Positions 31,428 to 40,454 of a stretch of DNA of 64,000 nt are shown here, one piece after another (the stretch's first letter is position 1; the number at the start of each line of letters is the position of its first letter). Under the pieces are notes generated by a model. The model was not told where the DNA came from. It worked only from the letters and a program-made list of their open reading frames with translations, and did no database searches. The stretch is taken from positions 2,848,001 to 2,912,000 of the forward strand of contig OZ241744.1 in assembly GCA_965200965.1 (NCBI GenBank). The letters run 5' to 3'. Position numbers and translations under genes: made by a program. Origin of the DNA: an uncultured Candidatus Binatia bacterium (GTDB taxonomy: Bacteria > Desulfobacterota > Binatia > Bin18).

Positions 31428-32309
31428 ATGGCGAATTGGGACGCAGACTCAGTGAGACAAGTCCTCAAAGAGAAGGGTTGGTTCGATTCCGAGCGAGAAA
31501 TCGAGCACGCTGTCCAGTTCACACTGACCGATGGAACCACCAAGGTCAATTGCTACCGCACCGGTCGGATCCAAGTGCAGGGAAAAGATACGTCAGTCAA
31601 GGAGGAGGCAAGCACGGTATGTCATCACCGCCTCCTACTCACCGAGACACGCCGGGGAAAAGATACGTCAGTCAAGGAGGAGGCAAGCACGGTATGTCAT
31701 CACCGCCTCCTACTCACCGAGACACGCCGGGGAAAAGATACGTCAGTCAAGGAGGAGGCAAGCACCCTGTTTGCCGCTTCCTCTGCGCTATCCAAGGCCG
31801 CCGTTTCGAGGGGAACCACCCCCGGTGCTCAAGAAGCAGCCCCTAGGCGTGTGTTCATCGTCTATGGACATGACATCCAAGCGCGAGAACAGCTTGAACT
31901 TCTCCTTCGCCGCCTCAGGCTGGATCCGATCGTGCTTCAGAACATTCCTGGTGGTGGCGACACAATCATCGAAAAGCTCGAAGTACTGACGGACGCCGAT
32001 TATGCTTGCGTGTTGGTCACGCCGGATGATGAGGGGCGTAAGCGCTCTGAGGTGTCGGATAAAGATGCGGATTTGCGTCCTCGCGCCAGACAAAATGTCG
32101 TCTTGGAGCTTGGAATGGTTCTCTCGCGTTTGGGGAGAAGCAGGGTAGCCGTCCTAGTGAAGGGTAGCGATGATATAGAACGTCCCTCTGACATCGACGG
32201 TTTGCTCTATATCGAGTTCTCGGATCATGTAGACGGAGCGAAGAATCAACTCGCTGCGAACCTACAGAAGGCTGGTTTCGATATCCAGATCGAGGACTTG
32301 GCGTCTTGA
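31428..32309 (+). CDS. TIR-like nucleotide-binding protein (COG4271/CAP12-type TIR) with an N-terminal TBP-like domain
   Basis: [40 protein letters not shown]; N-terminal [14 protein letters not shown]. Confidence 0.88.
   Translation: MANWDADSVRQVLKEKGWFDSEREIEHAVQFTLTDGTTKVNCYRTGRIQVQGKDTSVKEEASTVCHHRLLLTETRRGKDTSVKEEASTVCHHRLLLTETRRGKDTSVKEEASTLFAASSALSKAAVSRGTTPGAQEAAPRRVFIVYGHDIQAREQLELLLRRLRLDPIVLQNIPGGGDTIIEKLEVLTDADYACVLVTPDDEGRKRSEVSDKDADLRPRARQNVVLELGMVLSRLGRSRVAVLVKGSDDIERPSDIDGLLYIEFSDHVDGAKNQLAANLQKAGFDIQIEDLAS
31580..31765 (+). repeat. 36-bp direct repeat x3 separated by two identical 39-bp inserts (75-bp period, in frame)
   Basis: repeats at 31580-31615, 31655-31690, 31730-31765. 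Confidence 0.95.
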
Positions 32310-32320
32310 CGAGGCAAGCG

Positions 32321-32803
32321 GTGAGTCGTAAGCAAGTGATGATCTACACAGATGGGTCCTGTCTCGGAAACCCCGGGCCTGGCGGGTATGCCGCCATCCT
32401 GGATTACAAGGGACACCGCAGAGAACTGTCGGGTGGTTTCAGAGAGACGACGAATAACCGGATGGAACTGTTGGCTGTCATTGAGGGCCTTGCCGCCCTG
32501 AAGGAACCGTGTGACGTAACCCTGCATAGCGACTCTGAATATGTCGTTCGTGCAATGCGTGCGGGGTGGCCTGACACATGGAGAAAGAAGGGCTGGCGAC
32601 GCAATGGTAAAAAGAGCGTTGCCAACCGTGATCTCTGGGTCGAATTGATGAAAATGTGTGACAAGCACGATGTGCAATTTGAATGGGTGAGAGGCCACTC
32701 AGGACACCCGGAGAACGAACGCTGCGACCGGCTCGCCCTGACCGCTGCGCAGACGCCTGACCTTCCTGCCGATGAAGCCTATGAACACGCACTGCCTCAT
32801 TAG
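32321..32803 (+). CDS. rnhA: ribonuclease HI
   Basis: [46 protein letters not shown]. Confidence 0.96.
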   Translation: MSRKQVMIYTDGSCLGNPGPGGYAAILDYKGHRRELSGGFRETTNNRMELLAVIEGLAALKEPCDVTLHSDSEYVVRAMRAGWPDTWRKKGWRRNGKKSVANRDLWVELMKMCDKHDVQFEWVRGHSGHPENERCDRLALTAAQTPDLPADEAYEHALPH

Positions 32804-33002
32804 TCCCCGCAGGTGCAAGCGGCCGGCTATGGCCCGGATTCGGCGGGGACGGAGGGCGGCAGTTCTATGCGCTGGGCGGCGTTTTCGACTTTGAGGATGG
32901 TGACGGCGAAGGTCAACTCCCGGCCGGCCAGGGGATGCCTGGTGTCGATTGTGGCGCTGGTGTCGTTGACCGCGGTGACCCGGGCGAACAGCGTCTGTCC
33001 GC
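32803..33002 (-). pseudogene. diverged duplicate of the FKBP gene 3' end
   Basis: matches 34225-34430 with several substitutions and a 6-bp deletion. Confidence 0.9.
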
Positions 33003-33282
33003 TTCCCCCGCTCGGAACTCAGCCCCAGCGTCCGGGCGACCGGACCGTCGTAATAGTCAGTGGCGCAGATCAGGACAAACAGGCCGGCCACCAGCCCGGC
33101 ATTGCCCACACTTGGCCGCCGCCACCCGGTGTCAACAGCGTACACAAAAAGCGGGGTCAGGAGCAGCCGCAGAGCGGTCAGCGCATGGGCAAAGTTGAAC
33201 GGCCGCCGGTCGGGAAAAACGTTGACAGAATGCCTCGTTGCCATCCCTCCAGTGTAGACGGGAGGGGTGGGAAACGGAACGG
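33003..33282 (-). pseudogene. duplicate of the pgsA-like 5' end and upstream region
   Basis: matches 31035-31314 with one mismatch seen. Confidence 0.92.
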
Positions 33283-33365
33283 ATGGGTGTGAGAGCCCCA
33301 GTCGGGTGGGCAGTGACACCGTGTTTACAGTTCGTCCGGCTGCTCTGCGAGGATTTGCCGCTGAC

Positions 33366-33983
33366 TCAGCGTGAGCGCTGGCGCAAATTCAGCGGTACCA
33401 CATAGCGCGGGGTGGCGGCCGGCTGGCCCGGTGTGGGTGATTCCAGAAAAGTGACGCTCTCGTAAAAATCGTCCAGCGCGATGAACTGCCCGTTGTCTTC
33501 CGCCCATTCCCGCATCCGGCGGCTGCAACTGTGGTGCCACGACAGCACTTCTATACGCCATTCCTTACGGTGCATGCGTTCCAAGTCAGCGTGAAAGCCA
33601 ACACCGTCAGCGAAGCCGGCCCCGTCTCCGGTCAGTATGACCGCGATTCCCGGATCACCGTTGTAGTCTACGGTATCGCGGAGCATATAGGTTTGGAGGG
33701 CCTGATCCACGCCCTGTTCACGACCGTGCAGCGCGCCCCGCTCTAATAAATGGATGGTGACGCCTTCGTTTTCCAGGCGATTCCAGACGTGACGCAACTC
33801 CGGCGGAATAGAGCCGACAGCGATAGCCCGATGAATCGGTCGCCCCGCGTGCGCTAATTCCAGAAGATTGCGGAAATGGATGCGTACCCGCGAGCGCGTA
33901 TTCTCGCCTTCACGCTCTGCCGCGATTTCTTGCGCACTCATGAAAATGTTGGAATTGTCCCAGTAGATAAAAACTTTTTTCAT
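33366..33983 (-). CDS. NYN domain (PIN-fold) nuclease
   Basis: VFIYWDNSN, EQGVDQAL, ILTGDGAGF, IEVLSW. Confidence 0.88.
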   Translation of the reverse strand: MKKVFIYWDNSNIFMSAQEIAAEREGENTRSRVRIHFRNLLELAHAGRPIHRAIAVGSIPPELRHVWNRLENEGVTIHLLERGALHGREQGVDQALQTYMLRDTVDYNGDPGIAVILTGDGAGFADGVGFHADLERMHRKEWRIEVLSWHHSCSRRMREWAEDNGQFIALDDFYESVTFLESPTPGQPAATPRYVVPLNLRQRSR

Positions 33984-34248
33984 CTCACCCTCTACGCTCC
34001 GGGCGGATTGATCCCAGTGGGGGCGGGGTTTGATTAGTCGCCGCTTGGCCTCGGCTGCAACTCCAGAGACTACCGCTTGCCCTGCTTGGGCTCCGGCTGG
34101 TCTGGCTTTGGCCTGGGGGGTGGTGGAGGCGGCGAACTTTTGCCTGACCTGCTCTCAGGCCATTCTACTCTGCTCAATCGTCCGCGCAAACCGACTTACG
34201 CTAAGCTGGAACCTTACCCGGTGGGTCCCCGCATGTGCAAGCGGCCGG

Positions 34249-34821
34249 CTATGGCCCGGATTCGGCGGGGACGGGGACGGAGGGCGGCAGCTCTATGCGC
34301 TGGGCGGCGTTTTCGACTTTGAGGATGGTGACGGCAAAGGTCAGCTCCCGGCCGGCCAGGGGGTGGTTGGTGTCGATTGTGGCGCTGGTGTCGTCGACCG
34401 CGGTGACCCGGGCGAACAGCGTCTGTCCGCCCGGTCCTCTCCCCTGGAGCTGGGTGCCGACCTTGCGCGCCTGCTCAGGAATCTGCTCGATCGGCACCTG
34501 CTGGGTGCGGCTGGGGTCGCGCTCGCCGTAGCCGTCCTGGGGCAACACCACAATCTGTTTTGTGTCACCGGCCTTGAGGCCGAGCAGGCCGCGCTCCAGC
34601 CCTTTGACAATCTCGCCCCGGCCGTGGACATAGACCAGCGGCTCTTGGCCGATGTTGGTACCGGCCTGGGTGCCGTCGCCCAAGGTCAGGGTATACTCGA
34701 AGGAGACCTGTTTGCCGTTGGCAACCGCCAAGTCTCCGCCGGCCTCGTCCTCAGCCCAGCCCGGCAGGGCGATGAGGACGGCCACGAGTACCGCGCCTAT
34801 GCTCCAGATTGAACGTGTCAT
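34249..34821 (-). CDS. FKBP-type peptidyl-prolyl isomerase (SlyD-like) with signal peptide
   Basis: VSFEYTL, GLERGLLG, GYGERD, IDTNHPLAGRELTF. Confidence 0.92.
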   Translation of the reverse strand: MTRSIWSIGAVLVAVLIALPGWAEDEAGGDLAVANGKQVSFEYTLTLGDGTQAGTNIGQEPLVYVHGRGEIVKGLERGLLGLKAGDTKQIVVLPQDGYGERDPSRTQQVPIEQIPEQARKVGTQLQGRGPGGQTLFARVTAVDDTSATIDTNHPLAGRELTFAVTILKVENAAQRIELPPSVPVPAESGP

Positions 34822-34869
34822 AGTGTGTCTCCTTTCAAAAGGTGTGGCTGGGGCACCGGCGCGGGAGTT

Positions 34870-35772
34870 CTACAGCATCCGCGGCGGGTTCAGATGGGAG
34901 CCGAGGGTGCTCTTGAAGACTTTGAACAGGTGGTCAAGGTCCCACGGACCTGGACTGTAGATCGTCTTTTCCGGCTCCAGGTGGGTGTAGAGGGCGATCC
35001 GGTAGCCGCTGGCCCCAAACGCCTGGCCCGTCACCTCCCGGGCGTCGTCGCTGGCCAGGAAGACTACAATCGGGGCGATGTTGGTCGGGTCCATCGGGCT
35101 GGCCTGCTCCTGGGCGGCTTCGCTGCTCTCGGTCAGGCCCATCTGCTGGGCGAAGTTGGCTGGAATGGTATCGGTCATGCGGGTGGCCGCCCCGGGCAGG
35201 ATGGCGTTGCAGGTGACGCCGTATTTTTTAAGGGCGTTGGCGCAGCTATAGGTCAGCCCCAGAATGCCGGCTTTGGCCGCGGCATAGTTGGGCTGGCCGG
35301 GCGCGCCGAGGGCTGAGCCTGAAGAGAAATTGATGATCCGACCGCCTTTCTGCTGGCGCATCAGAGCCGAGGCCGGGCGGATGGTGCAGAAATGGCCCTT
35401 GAGATGGACGGCGATCACCGCGTCCCACTCTTCTTCGCTCATGTTGAAGATCATCCGGTCGCGCAGAATCCCGGCGCAGTTGACCAGAATATCCAGCTTG
35501 CCAAAGCTGTCGGCCGCGGTCTGGATCAGGCTCTCGCCGCCCTGGACGGTGGCCACGCTGTCGGTACTGGCCACGGCCTGGCCGCCGGCGCGGGTGATCT
35601 CGTCCACTACCTGCTGGGCCGGGCCGGCGTCCTGCCCCTCACCGTCCACGCTGCCGCCAAGGTCATTGACCACAACCTTGGCCCCCTCTTGGGCCATGAG
35701 CGTGGCAATGCCACGGCCAATGCCGCGACCCGAGCCGGTCACGACTGCAACTTTTCCGTCAAGTTTGCCCAT
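34870..35772 (-). CDS. short-chain dehydrogenase/reductase (can also be read as an in-frame fusion from ATG 36006)
   Basis: TGSGRGIG, NCAGILRD, YAAAK. Confidence 0.93.
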   Translation of the reverse strand: MGKLDGKVAVVTGSGRGIGRGIATLMAQEGAKVVVNDLGGSVDGEGQDAGPAQQVVDEITRAGGQAVASTDSVATVQGGESLIQTAADSFGKLDILVNCAGILRDRMIFNMSEEEWDAVIAVHLKGHFCTIRPASALMRQQKGGRIINFSSGSALGAPGQPNYAAAKAGILGLTYSCANALKKYGVTCNAILPGAATRMTDTIPANFAQQMGLTESSEAAQEQASPMDPTNIAPIVVFLASDDAREVTGQAFGASGYRIALYTHLEPEKTIYSPGPWDLDHLFKVFKSTLGSHLNPPRML

Positions 35773-35781
35773 TGGTGTTCC

Positions 35782-36025
35782 CTCATGCCGTTCAACGAAG
35801 CCATCCCTGACCAAACCGCGAAGCAGGCCGGCACGGTATCCAGGCAAGGCTTCAATCTGTTGTTGCGTGAAGCTCTTGTTTTTGCTTGCCTTGACGGCTT
35901 GCACAAACATCCTGGCAGCGCCGCGCTTAGTCCCAAACGGCGGGTCTTCCGTTTGCCATTTGCTGGTCTTGGCAAAATTCGTTACCACCTTTTTTGTCTT
36001 TGCCATACATACCTCCGTTGTTGAA
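35782..36025 (-). other. 244-bp foreign insert with RBS and a basic ~76-aa ORF fused to the SDR
   Basis: GGAGGT SD, ATG 36006, lower GC, sits between 249-bp direct repeats. Confidence 0.8.
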
Positions 36026-36274
36026 CTCGCCGCCCTGGGCGGTGGCCACGCTGTCGGTACTGGCCACGGCCTGGCCGCCGGCGCGGGTGATCTCGTCCAC
36101 TACCTGCTGGGCCGGGCCGGCGTCCTGCCCCTCACCGTCCACGCTGCCGCCAAGGTCATTGACCACAACCTTGGCCCCCTCTTGGGCCATGAGCGTGGCA
36201 ATGCCACGGCCAATGCCGCGACCCGAGCCGGTCACGACTGCAACTTTTCCGTCAAGTTTGCCCATTGGTGTTCC
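36026..36274 (-). pseudogene. duplicated 5' fragment of the SDR gene
   Basis: 249-bp copy of 35533-35781, one mismatch seen. Confidence 0.93.
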
Positions 36275-36286
36275 TCCTTATGTCTT

Positions 36287-37471
36287 TCATCCTTTTGGTA
36301 AGCCCAAGACCCGGTCGCCCAGGATGCCGCGCTGAATCTCGGAGGTACCGCCGGCGATGGTCAGCAAACGACAGGCCAGGGCGGCCTTGGGCCAGCGGCC
36401 GTTTCTGAGCGTATAGTCCGAGCCTTGAACAAGCTGGGCGTAGGGGCCGAGCAGTTCGGTGGCAAACAGGGCCAGCCGCATATTCAACTCAGAGCCGGCC
36501 AGTTTGTTGACCGAGCCTTCGGGGCCGGGCGGATTGCCCTGAATGCGTTTGCTGAGGCTACGGAACATATTGCAGGTGAGGGCCTTGCACTCAATCGAGA
36601 ACTGGACCAACTGCTGGCGCACCGCGGGGTCTTGTGTGGCCGGCCGGCCGTTCAACTCAAGCTCTCTGGCCAGGCTGATGAGTTCGTCGAGGTGGCGGTG
36701 AACCGGCAGTTCGTTGCCAATCCCGGCCCGCTCGTGCATCAGGGTTGTCACCAGGACCTTCCAGCCCTCGTCTTTGGGGCCGATCAGATTGGTGCGTGGC
36801 ACGCGCACATCTTCAAAAAAGACCTCGTTGAACTCGGCGTCGCCGGTCATCTGCACCAGCGGCCGCAGGCTGAGCCCGGGTGTGTTCATATCGACCATCA
36901 GGCAGCTGATGCCCTTGTGTTTGGGAGCGTCCGGGTTGGTGCGCACGAACAACTGGATGTAGTCGGCGCGGTGGGCAAAGCTGGTCCAGACCTTCTGGCC
37001 GTTGACCACAAAATAGTCGCCCTGCTCAACCGCCCGGGTCTGCATCGAGGCCAGGTCAGAGCCGGCGCTGGGCTCCGACAGGCCCTCACACCAGATTTCC
37101 TCCCCGGACAGAATCTTGGGCAGGTGGTCTTGTTTTTGCTCGTCCGTGCCCCAGTGGATCAGGGTCGGGCCGGCCATCATCAGGCCCAGCGTATTGGCAA
37201 ACCGCGGCGCGCGGGCCTTGGCCATCTCCTGCTTATAGATGAACATCTCCATCAGGCTGGCCCCGCGGCCGCCGTACTCCTTGGGCCAGTGAATCCCGAC
37301 CCAGCCTCCCGCGGAGGCGGTCTTTTGCCAAGCGCGCTGGTACTCAAAGCGGGCGTCGGCGTCAATCTCGTCAAAGTGCTGCGGATCATAGCCTTGCGGC
37401 AAATTGGTTTGCAGCCAGACCCGCACTTCCTGGCGAAAGGCTTCCTCTTCGGGGGTAAAATGAAAATCCAT
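36287..37471 (-). CDS. acyl-CoA dehydrogenase
   Basis: SEPSAGSDLAS, NGQKVWTS, TIAGGTSEIQR. Confidence 0.95.
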   Translation of the reverse strand: MDFHFTPEEEAFRQEVRVWLQTNLPQGYDPQHFDEIDADARFEYQRAWQKTASAGGWVGIHWPKEYGGRGASLMEMFIYKQEMAKARAPRFANTLGLMMAGPTLIHWGTDEQKQDHLPKILSGEEIWCEGLSEPSAGSDLASMQTRAVEQGDYFVVNGQKVWTSFAHRADYIQLFVRTNPDAPKHKGISCLMVDMNTPGLSLRPLVQMTGDAEFNEVFFEDVRVPRTNLIGPKDEGWKVLVTTLMHERAGIGNELPVHRHLDELISLARELELNGRPATQDPAVRQQLVQFSIECKALTCNMFRSLSKRIQGNPPGPEGSVNKLAGSELNMRLALFATELLGPYAQLVQGSDYTLRNGRWPKAALACRLLTIAGGTSEIQRGILGDRVLGLPKG

Positions 37472-37611
37472 GTCGGTCCCTCCGCGGCGGTCAGCTTAAC
37501 CGCTTCGCCAGCCAGGGTAAAGGGTCGGAGCAGGACGTGCGATTGTGGCCGCGGTGCGCCACAAGGGCGTCTACAGCACAGGCTCCGGTCAGGACCCCGT
37601 GCCGCTGCGCC

Positions 37612-37833
37612 CTATTTTTCCCGATACAGTGTGTCCAACTGGGCCAGAAGGTCGGCCCGGCTGCCGGGCGGAGGGTTTTCCCCGGCTGGCGGCGGACGGT
37701 CAGGCGCGCCGGCCTGAAGCCGGGCCAACTGGCTTTGGAGCTGGGCAATACGCCGGTCCTGATCGGCCAACTCGTGCCGCAAGCGGCGGACTGAGGCTTG
37801 CAGCGCAGCCAGGTTTGTCTGGTGGGTCGCCAT
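37612..37833 (-). CDS. small coiled-coil hypothetical protein
   Basis: heptad pattern LQASVRRLRHELADQDRRIAQLQSQLARL; fills the intergenic gap. Confidence 0.45.
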   Translation of the reverse strand: MATHQTNLAALQASVRRLRHELADQDRRIAQLQSQLARLQAGAPDRPPPAGENPPPGSRADLLAQLDTLYREK

Positions 37834-37941
37834 GCGCCAAAGGGAAACGATTGGGGTGCTCCCCATCGTTCTCATCACACGCCGTCGGCCTTTGCAAGCC
37901 GGCTTTGACAAGCCACCGCCCGATTGCTAGTCGGTACGAGT

Positions 37942-39009
37942 ATGAACACGGCCGTGCCGGATGGGCTGGGGGTGGCGGTGGAGCGAACCTGGGGGGCTGA
38001 GATTGCCGCGGTTGAGCCCCTGGCCGGTGACGCCTCAAGCCGCAGTTACCTGCGTTTGCGCCTGCGCGGCCGCGGACCGCAGAGTGTGGTGGTGATGGTC
38101 TTGGCCGAGAGCGCCCTGCCGCTGTCGTCGGAAGAACTGTCGGTTTTTTCTGAGCCGCTGACCGAGCTGCCGTATGTGAACCTCGATCGGTTTCTGCGAC
38201 CGCTCGGCATGCGTATTCCAGACCTGTATTACGACGGGCCGGGTTTTCTGCTGCTCGAAGATATTGGCGACATGCCGCTCCGCGAGGCCGCCCAGGATTG
38301 TTCAGAGGCCGACGCCGAAGCCCTGTACCGCCGGGCTGTTGACCAATTGCTGTTGCTCCAGATTACCGGTACCCGCAAGCGCGATGCCGACTGTATTGCC
38401 TTTCGGCAACGCTTTGACCGGCGGCTGTTTGTGTGGGAGTTTGAGCATTTTGTTGAGTGGGGGCTGGAAAAGCGGGTCGGCAGACCGCTGAGCGTCGCCG
38501 ACGGTCATGTCCTGCGCCCCCTGTTTGAGGACATTGCCGGCCAGCTCGATCGCGCCCCGATGTTTCTCAACCACCGCGACTATCACAGCTGGAATCTGTT
38601 TGTGCATGGCGGGGAGATTCGCGTCATTGATTTTCAAGACGCGCTCCTCGGTCCGGCCACCTATGACTTGGCGACCCTGCTGAACGACCGGGATACGCCG
38701 GCGGTCGTCACCCCGCACTTGGAGCGCAGGCTGGTTGAGTATTATTATGATGCCTGGCACCGGGCCGGTGGGGCGGCCCGCTCGCACGACGCTGTGTGGC
38801 ACGAGTACAACCTGTGCCTGCTCCAGAAAGCCTGCAAAGTGGTCGGTCGGTTCTGTTATCTGGAGCTGGAAAAGGGCAAGACCGGCTACAGCCGCTATAT
38901 CGCGCCGACCCTGGCCACCATCCGTCGGGCGCTCGATCGACTACCCCAGTATCGCCCCTTGCAGGATATCGTGGCCCGACATTTTCCCGACGAGCCATGC
39001 GCGCCATGA
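37942..39009 (+). CDS. amgK: aminoglycoside phosphotransferase family, AmgK-like anomeric MurNAc/GlcNAc kinase
   Basis: LAGDASSRSYLR, HRDYHSWNL, IDFQDA; adjacent to murU-like gene. Confidence 0.8.
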   Translation: MNTAVPDGLGVAVERTWGAEIAAVEPLAGDASSRSYLRLRLRGRGPQSVVVMVLAESALPLSSEELSVFSEPLTELPYVNLDRFLRPLGMRIPDLYYDGPGFLLLEDIGDMPLREAAQDCSEADAEALYRRAVDQLLLLQITGTRKRDADCIAFRQRFDRRLFVWEFEHFVEWGLEKRVGRPLSVADGHVLRPLFEDIAGQLDRAPMFLNHRDYHSWNLFVHGGEIRVIDFQDALLGPATYDLATLLNDRDTPAVVTPHLERRLVEYYYDAWHRAGGAARSHDAVWHEYNLCLLQKACKVVGRFCYLELEKGKTGYSRYIAPTLATIRRALDRLPQYRPLQDIVARHFPDEPCAP

Positions 39010-39734
39010 TTCTGGCCGCGGGTCTGGGAACCCGCCTGCGGCCGCTTACCCACACCACGCCCAAGGCCCTGGTTCAGGTGGCCGGCCGGCCGCTGATCGA
39101 GTATGCCCTGCGCTTTGTGTGCGCACAGGGCATCCGCCGGGTGGTGATTAACCTGCATCACTTAGGCGACCAGATTCGGGCCAAGCTGGGCAACGGGCGG
39201 GCCGGCGGCCTTCAGATCAGCTACTCTGTTGAGGAGCGCTTGCTGGAGACCGGGGGCGGGGTGAAGCAGGCCCAGGTATTACTCGAGGACGGTGGGCCGT
39301 TTCTGGTTGTCAACTCGGACGCCATTCTTGATATTGACTTGGCGGCGGTGGTCAGCGCCCACCGCCGCAGCAGGGCGGTGGCGACCCTGGTCCTGCGGCC
39401 CGACCCTGAGGCTGCCCGCTACGGCCTGCTGGAGATTGACGCCAGCGGTCGCTTACGCCGCGTGCGCGGCCAGCCGGCCACGGTAGACGCCGGGCCGCTG
39501 TCGGCCTATATGTTCACCGGCTGTCAGATTCTTGAGCCGCGCATTTTTGATTTCATGCCACAGGGCCGGGCCTTCAGCCTCACCCGCGACACCTATGTCG
39601 GCCTGCTGCGGGCCGGGGAGCCGCTGTGTGGCTTTGTGCATACCGGGGCGTGGATGGTGGTGGACGATGCCAGGGGCGTGGAGCGGGCAACGCAGGCGAT
39701 TCGCTCCGGCCGGCTGTGCCTGTCCTACCTCTAG
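38997..39734 (+). CDS. murU: nucleotidyltransferase, MurU-like
   Basis: AMILAAGLGTRLRPLT, LETGGG, VVNSD. Confidence 0.8.
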   Translation: MRAMILAAGLGTRLRPLTHTTPKALVQVAGRPLIEYALRFVCAQGIRRVVINLHHLGDQIRAKLGNGRAGGLQISYSVEERLLETGGGVKQAQVLLEDGGPFLVVNSDAILDIDLAAVVSAHRRSRAVATLVLRPDPEAARYGLLEIDASGRLRRVRGQPATVDAGPLSAYMFTGCQILEPRIFDFMPQGRAFSLTRDTYVGLLRAGEPLCGFVHTGAWMVVDDARGVERATQAIRSGRLCLSYL

Positions 39735-40450
39735 GCTCCGATGCGGGCGAAGTGCTCCACACAGGCTTGGGCCGCGGGGGCGTCCCGGACGCGAGACAGC
39801 AGCCACTCGCGCAGGGCTTGCCGGGCCGGCTTGGCCGGGAAGGCTTCGGGGGGCAGGGCTGAGGACAGGGAGTGAATCAGGTTGCGCACTATCGTCGGGG
39901 TGAACTCGGGATGAAACTGGGTGCCCCAGATGCGCTGGCCGAGTCGAAACGCCTGGCAGGGCCAGTGCCCGTTGTCGGCCAGCACGACCGCGCCCGGGGG
40001 CAGGCTGGTGACGACATCGCCGTGGCTCATGTGGGCCACAAAGGAGTCTCCGAGGTGTGAGAGCAAGGGGTCGGCCCGTCCCTCGGCAGTCAGGCTGAGG
40101 CTGACCGTTCCCAGTTCCCAGCCCCGGGGGCAAGGTTCGACCGTGCCACCAAAGGCTTGGGCGATGAGCTGATGGCCGAAACATACGCCATAGATCGGCA
40201 CCTCCCGGTCCGCGGCACGCCTCAGAAAGTCCTCGCTGCCGGCGATCCAGTCTTCGTCGTCATAGGTGGAGGCCGGCGAGCCGGTGGCGATGATGCCGGC
40301 CCAATCGGTGTCGGCCGGCACTTCCTTGCGGGCGTCAACCACCGTGCAGCGATCGTCACCGAGCAGGTTCAGAAACGCCCGCTCATAGGGGCCGAGTTGT
40401 TCGGTCACACGCCGCGGCAACTCGCCGGTCTTGAGAATCAGGAGTTTCAT
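39731..40450 (-). CDS. class I glutamine amidotransferase
   Basis: TGSP, GVCFGHQ, QFHPE. Confidence 0.92.
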   Translation of the reverse strand: MKLLILKTGELPRRVTEQLGPYERAFLNLLGDDRCTVVDARKEVPADTDWAGIIATGSPASTYDDEDWIAGSEDFLRRAADREVPIYGVCFGHQLIAQAFGGTVEPCPRGWELGTVSLSLTAEGRADPLLSHLGDSFVAHMSHGDVVTSLPPGAVVLADNGHWPCQAFRLGQRIWGTQFHPEFTPTIVRNLIHSLSSALPPEAFPAKPARQALREWLLSRVRDAPAAQACVEHFARIGA

Positions 40451-40454
40451 GTGT

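Noticed and set aside
31580-31765. CRISPR array (36-bp repeats, 39-bp spacers)
   Set aside because: Spacers are identical, the repeat is non-palindromic in-frame coding sequence, and there are no cas genes or leader
29462-34430. Integron cassette array
   Set aside because: No intI; the hairpins are too short, inverted rather than direct, and do not follow the cargo genes
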